Assembly: GCF_037042905.1 (NCBI RefSeq)
Contig: NC_087251.1
Location: 13,518,001-13,582,000, forward strand
From: Lytechinus pictus
Taxonomy: Eukaryota
Length of the DNA: 64,000 nt
Direction: 5' to 3'
Shown piece by piece: positions 55,701-61,700 of this stretch. Numbering within the stretch: position 1 is the first letter of the stretch; the number at the start of each line of letters is the position of its first letter. The position numbers were made by a program, and so were the translations under genes. The notes under the pieces are model-generated. The model was given only the letters and a program-made list of their open reading frames with translations. It had not been told where the DNA came from and searched no databases.

Positions 55701-58700
55701 GTACGTGCTGCCAGGGTGTTCCGCCAACCTGGAGGCCATATGGTCCTGGTGGGTTTGGATGGTACTGGTAAGTCTACCACTGTCCAACTGGCCTGTCATG
55801 TGGCCGGATGTGAGCTCTTCAAGCTGATGCTGACCAGGGGTTATGGGCAGTCTGATTTCAGAGATGACCTCAAGACGGTCTTCAGGAAGGCAGGTGTCAA
55901 AGGCATCAATGTGGTCTTCCTTCTCACGGACAGTGATATTGTCAAGGTGAGCTTGGTGTTATTGGTTCAAGGGAAGATACCTATTGGTTTTCAAGGGCAA
56001 TCAAATGACAGTATTATTGATAAAAAATCAATTGGTTATCTGGAAAACAAGAAAATGATAAAAATTGTATACATAAGAATAGATTTAATCACAATTCTGT
56101 ATTGACATACAAAGATTATGTTTTTATAGCCGCATCCATTCTGACATCCATTAGAATACTGATTTTGTCATATCTCTGAGAAAAGATGAAATATGGAGAA
56201 AAGACAATGTTCAGAATACCGCCTCTAGCCTTTGAGAAGCACTATGAAGCTCCATTTTGATCATAGAAAATTTGACTGTCTCTGGAGCAAATACTTGGCT
56301 GGTAATCTGTAGCAATTCATGAAACTTTCATAACTGTAGTTTGTCTTTTGTTAGTTTACCAGTGGTATATGATTAATGAAATTTTCACTCCTGATTAGCT
56401 TTTTAAGTGTTGTCAAATACAGAACTCCCATTAAATATTTATCAAAAGTCTATTTTTGTTTTGGTTGTTGATCCTTGTTAATAGGAGTCTTTTCTTGAAG
56501 ACATCAACTGTGTGTTGAACTCCGGTGAGGTACCTGACCTGTTTGATAATGATGACATGGAAGGCATCATGATGGAGCTAAAGAGAGTTGCTCAAGATGC
56601 AGAGATGCCTGACAATAGAGAAGCTGTTTATGGGTTCTTCATTCAGGTGAGATGAAGAAAAAGGCTGTGATTGATGGTCAAACAGAAACATGTTTGTTGA
56701 TTCTTTACTAAGAAGTTCACGTGTTTCAATTCTGCCCTAATGGCTTCTAATTTGGTAGGATTGCTAGTTATCTTTAGTATGTTTATGACTTTTGGCATCA
56801 TAGCAATTACAGTAAAACTACTTTAGTGACCACTTGTAGGCCTATCAGTTATCATTCCTCAGTACCCCAAAATACACATTAATTCCATAAACCTGCAATC
56901 AGGCAGACTTTAGAATATTTATTGTAAGTACATTTGGGGTAGAATATATATTTTAATTTAGGTGGTCTTTATATATTATTTTTGTTAACTTCTTTAAGCA
57001 CTTACTCTATCCTGTCGCAAATACTGCAAAATTTCCGTCTTTCTATATCCATTCAGAGGGTCAAAAGCAGACTGCACATTGTAATAGCCACCAGTCCAGC
57101 GGGCGAAGCCTTCCGTCAGCGTTGCCGTAGCAACCCATCCTTGGTGAATTGTTGTACATTTGATTGGTATGACGAGTGGAGTACAGAAGCCATGCTGAGG
57201 GTAGCTCACGTCTTCCTCATGAGGGCAGACTTTAAAGGAATCCTTGGGGATACTGATCCAGAGGTAGGTTTGATGCCAGGGGCCTGTTTCATGAAGATTT
57301 ACAACTGTGGTAACTTTTGCCATCATGCTAACTACCATGGTAACGGGGCTCAGCAGCCAATCACAGTCAAGGTTTCAATGGGGTAGTTACAATGATGGCA
57401 AAGTTACAATAGTATGAAACCAGCTTCAGAACCCATTCAAGACAAAGTGACCACATTTTGTGGTGTAGCCAAGTAACTTTTGAAGTAGTGCCCAAGAATA
57501 ATACAAAATGCAGAAGAATAGATGAACAAAAAAAAGAATAAAACATTTACACAATCTGCCCATATTTATTCCACTTGTATCTTTTGTTTGATGTTCAAAA
57601 GCATTATAGGGAGATATGAAAGTACCTAGATTGGCAATGGGATAGTAACATTAATAATCACTTTCTTTCCATGGCAATTGGAATTGGCAAATTTTCAGAA
57701 AGATCATGATTCTTCTTTAGTAATTTACATATCAGTTGTTTATGTTCCAGATATGTTACTTTCTTGAATGGGACCATTCCTTTGGTAGATAAGAAAAAAA
57801 CTCCTTTTATTTTGCATAATAAATAATCCTTTTAATCTTACATTAAAAAAAATATTATTTGATAGTATGGTAGGGTTTATTTTATGCAAACAAAAAATGT
57901 TTTAAAATTTTGACCCAGTCATAAGCTATGTGCGGGCGCGTCGTGGTTCTGACTCTTGCCTTTCAAACAGAGGGTCGTGGGTTCGAATCTCAACCATGGC
58001 GTGTTTTCCTTCAGCAAGAAATTTATCCGCACTGTGCTGCACTCGACCCAGGTGAGGTGAATGGGTACCCGGCAGGATTATTTCCTTGCATGCACTGAGC
58101 GCCGGTGATGGTAGCTCAAGCTAAAGCCGGGGTAATAATAGCAGCGCTTTGTATCCTCAGGCAAAAGGCGCTTTATAAATACAGCTATCATTATTATTAT
58201 TCTGATCAGTGAGTGCTATTGATGTAGGCCATTAAAATAGTCGAGTCAGTGCCTTTGTAATTCATCTTAGATATTAAATGAATATGTGTATTTCCTATAT
58301 GTTTCCTTAGACTCTGAAGGAGAATATAGCACAGGTATGTGTAGGTGTCCATGGTGATGTCACAAAGGAATCAGTGAGGTACTACAATGAGATGAGACGT
58401 CATTACTACACCACACCCAGTAGCTATCTAGATCTCATCAGGCTTTACTCTAACATGCTTGGAGAACAGAAGGGATACTTCATGAATAACAAGTAAGTGT
58501 AAATAATGTCACTCTCGAAGTTATTGTAATAAATAATAAGTGTTGATTTCAGTCCAATTTAACTTTATTCCACAAGCCAAATAGATTTCAGTGCACACAC
58601 CATCCAAATATGCTCATGACACAAGATAAAGTCTAGAAGGGACATTAAGAGCTTTACCTCTCTTTTGTTAGTCTGTCTTTCCACCCATTTGCCTATTAAC

Positions 58701-61700
58701 AAATCGGTTTCTATGTGATGAGTGAAAATATTGGACATATATTAATTAATGTTTGGTTTGAGAGACATCTCACTAAATTACAGGCTAAGTTGGAGTTCAG
58801 AATCTGCAAGACGGCAGTCAAAATTCAAAGGTTAATAGTCATAGCTCAATTTATACAATATTGATAATATTCAGTCGACTGCTAAGTGTATCCCATTCTA
58901 TTTTCTGCTTCTAGAAACCGTCTTGGTGTTGGATTGTCCAAGCTAGGTGAAGCTAACTCACTGGTTGATGCTATGCAGGATGAACTGGTTGCTTTAGGAC
59001 CAAAGATTGAGGAAAAGGCTAAGGTAAGCATTTGTAATACATTTTACATATTGAAAATTGACAAAACATATTTACACTGTATTTTTATTTTTCATACATC
59101 AGAAATTTGCTATAGCAAGAATTTTGAGGAGAAAGGCATTTTTTCCTTTTACAAAAACACAAGATACAAGGTCTTTGCAACACAGTAAAGATATTTTAAA
59201 CAGAACACCTTTCTATTATTAATTTATTCATTTCAAGATAGGCTTCATTATCTGTGATAAGCCACATGACTTCAGATATGATTTTCTTCAGGTCAATGCT
59301 CTCCATTCATTGTAGATTACACATTCCTCCTTGTTTACAGATTTTCAGCCAAGAAATTGCTCAGCGGTAGATTTCACCCTTCCTGTAATCTACATACAGG
59401 GTTTGCTATTGTTTCAACATACCATGATTGTGAATTTCACATCAATGGCATGCCAATGCAATATACAAATGTCAATCAAAGCCAGCTGTTGAACTTTATG
59501 ACCTGATTCTGTTCTCTGAAACTGGTTTAAACCAGTTAAAATAAGAGTATGAAATATATTAGTATGTGAGTCTTTTCTGTGTGCATGCTGTCTCCAAAGA
59601 GAAGCAAAGGGAAATAACCAATTTAAGTAAAATCTTTAACATTTTTTTAACTTTATGAATATTTTTCAAATTCATTTAATAAATAATTTATGAAATGCAT
59701 CAAATGAAAAGAAAACACAATTTGAAAGAAATCATTGGTACACAGTGATGTTTGATATAAATGTGTGCTTTAGATTTTCATTTCATTCGAGTATTATTGA
59801 GATGTGTATGATGTGTATGAAAAGCTTTAAAAAAGTTGTAAGTAATAAAATAATATTTATTTATTTTTCTTTTATTCTAGGACACTGAGCTCCTTTTAGA
59901 GCAGCTATCTAAGGATCAGGAAGCTGTGGGTCAGGTCAGGGCTATTGTAGAGCATGAGGAATCTATCATGAAAAGAGAGGCACAGATTGTTGAGGATTAT
60001 GCTAACGTAAGTCTTTCTTTCTCTAAAATTCTCCCAATATCTTTAGGCATATTGCACCATTTTAAAAGCTTATTTTGTTTTGACTTAAAACCATTAGCTG
60101 GAGAAGGAGGGGCATAAAACAAACAAATGGGAATTTGTTTGTTTTATGCAAATGGGTCTTTTTGGGAATTTACATTTTTTTGCACTTTTTTGCCGAGTAT
60201 TTTCAAGGAAAGCATTAATTAACAATTGCCCAATTTTCTAGAAAGCTATACATACTCCAAATACCACAAAGAAAAATGATCATAAGTTTGGCTGTTTTCT
60301 TTCTAAGTCTGGCAAATTAGTATGCATAAATGCCATACCTCTGGCACTTATTATCATTTTGCATTGAATCTTGCCTAAGCGTAGATCCTTCAAAATTTCT
60401 TTGGAAGAAATTGATTTTTTTTTTAAAGAATCCATAATGTTTTTTTTTCAGGCAAATTAGACTAAAATATTATTACTCTTTATTTGTAATGGATCATAAT
60501 TTTGTAGTGAAACTTGCCAAGATTAAATTTCATATCATATTCCTTTCTTTTTAGGAAATAAATCCCATATTGCATGTTTATAATGCATATTGTATGCATG
60601 TTTATGAAATTCACCTACATGTAATTAGTTTGCAAAAATTGCATAACTCGGAGAACAATGTTATTAAAGTACCACTTAAGTGAGAAGTCATTGGGGAAGA
60701 AATAAGACCTATGATTAATCAATAATCTTTTTGTTAAGGGGCCAAGAATTGTTTTCTGTGTGATGCAGTGATCAGGATGCCATTATTACCCTGCTTTTAT
60801 TTTCACTTTGCCTACTGCAAACCCAACAAGACCTCCAATCACTCATCCCAGCCCTACAGGAAAGCCAACATTTGCCCTAGATTCCCCGGAATCTAGAAAT
60901 ATTAGTGTTGATAATTGATTGGACTCTATAATTAGTGCCATCAATTATACATATCAGTACAATCAATTGATATTCTTTATGATGCAAGGCCCAGGTGGGT
61001 GTTTCATAAAGCTGTTCGTAAGTTAAGAGCGACTTTAAGAATGACTGGTGATCCTTTCTTGTGGTAATTGGTATTCACCAAAATGTTCATTGGCGATGGT
61101 TTAGCGCGTAAGAAAGGTTCACCAGTTGTTCTTAAATTCGCTCTTAACTTCCGAACAGCCTTATGAAACACGTCCCAGAGCTGTCTTTTATGCAATACAA
61201 TAATATCTCTTCTTATCCTCTAAATTGTTTTCATTTGACCTCCAGCAAGCCCAGCAAGACCTCCAATCTGTCATCCCAGCCCTCCAGGAAGCCATAGATG
61301 CTCTGGACTCCCTGGACAAGTCAGACATCTCTGAGATCCGTGTCTACACCAAACCACCTGACTTGGTCAATCAAGTTTTTGCTGCTGTCTGTGTCCTGTT
61401 CAAACAGAAGCCTGACTGGAGCACAGCAAAACATTTGTTGGCTGATCAAGGATTCCTCAAGAAGCTGGTCAACTTTGACAAGAACAACGTCCCTGATAAG
61501 GTAGGGAATTTATTGAGATTAAGACAATAGCATTCACTTAAAACGGTACTTTATCAAAAGTGGCGTCAAATGGCTTTGCTGCATGCCAGTGATTTACAGC
61601 AGCTTTCCGTATCTCTCCTTGATTTCTAGATGAAGATATGTAAAGGTTGGAGAGGAAAAGAGGCTGGATAGAATCCAGCAAATAGTTATGACCAAAAGTG

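Noticed and set aside
57933..58000. tRNA gene
   Set aside because: A B-box is present but the cloverleaf is incomplete, and it continues into a SINE body and (ATT)n tail.
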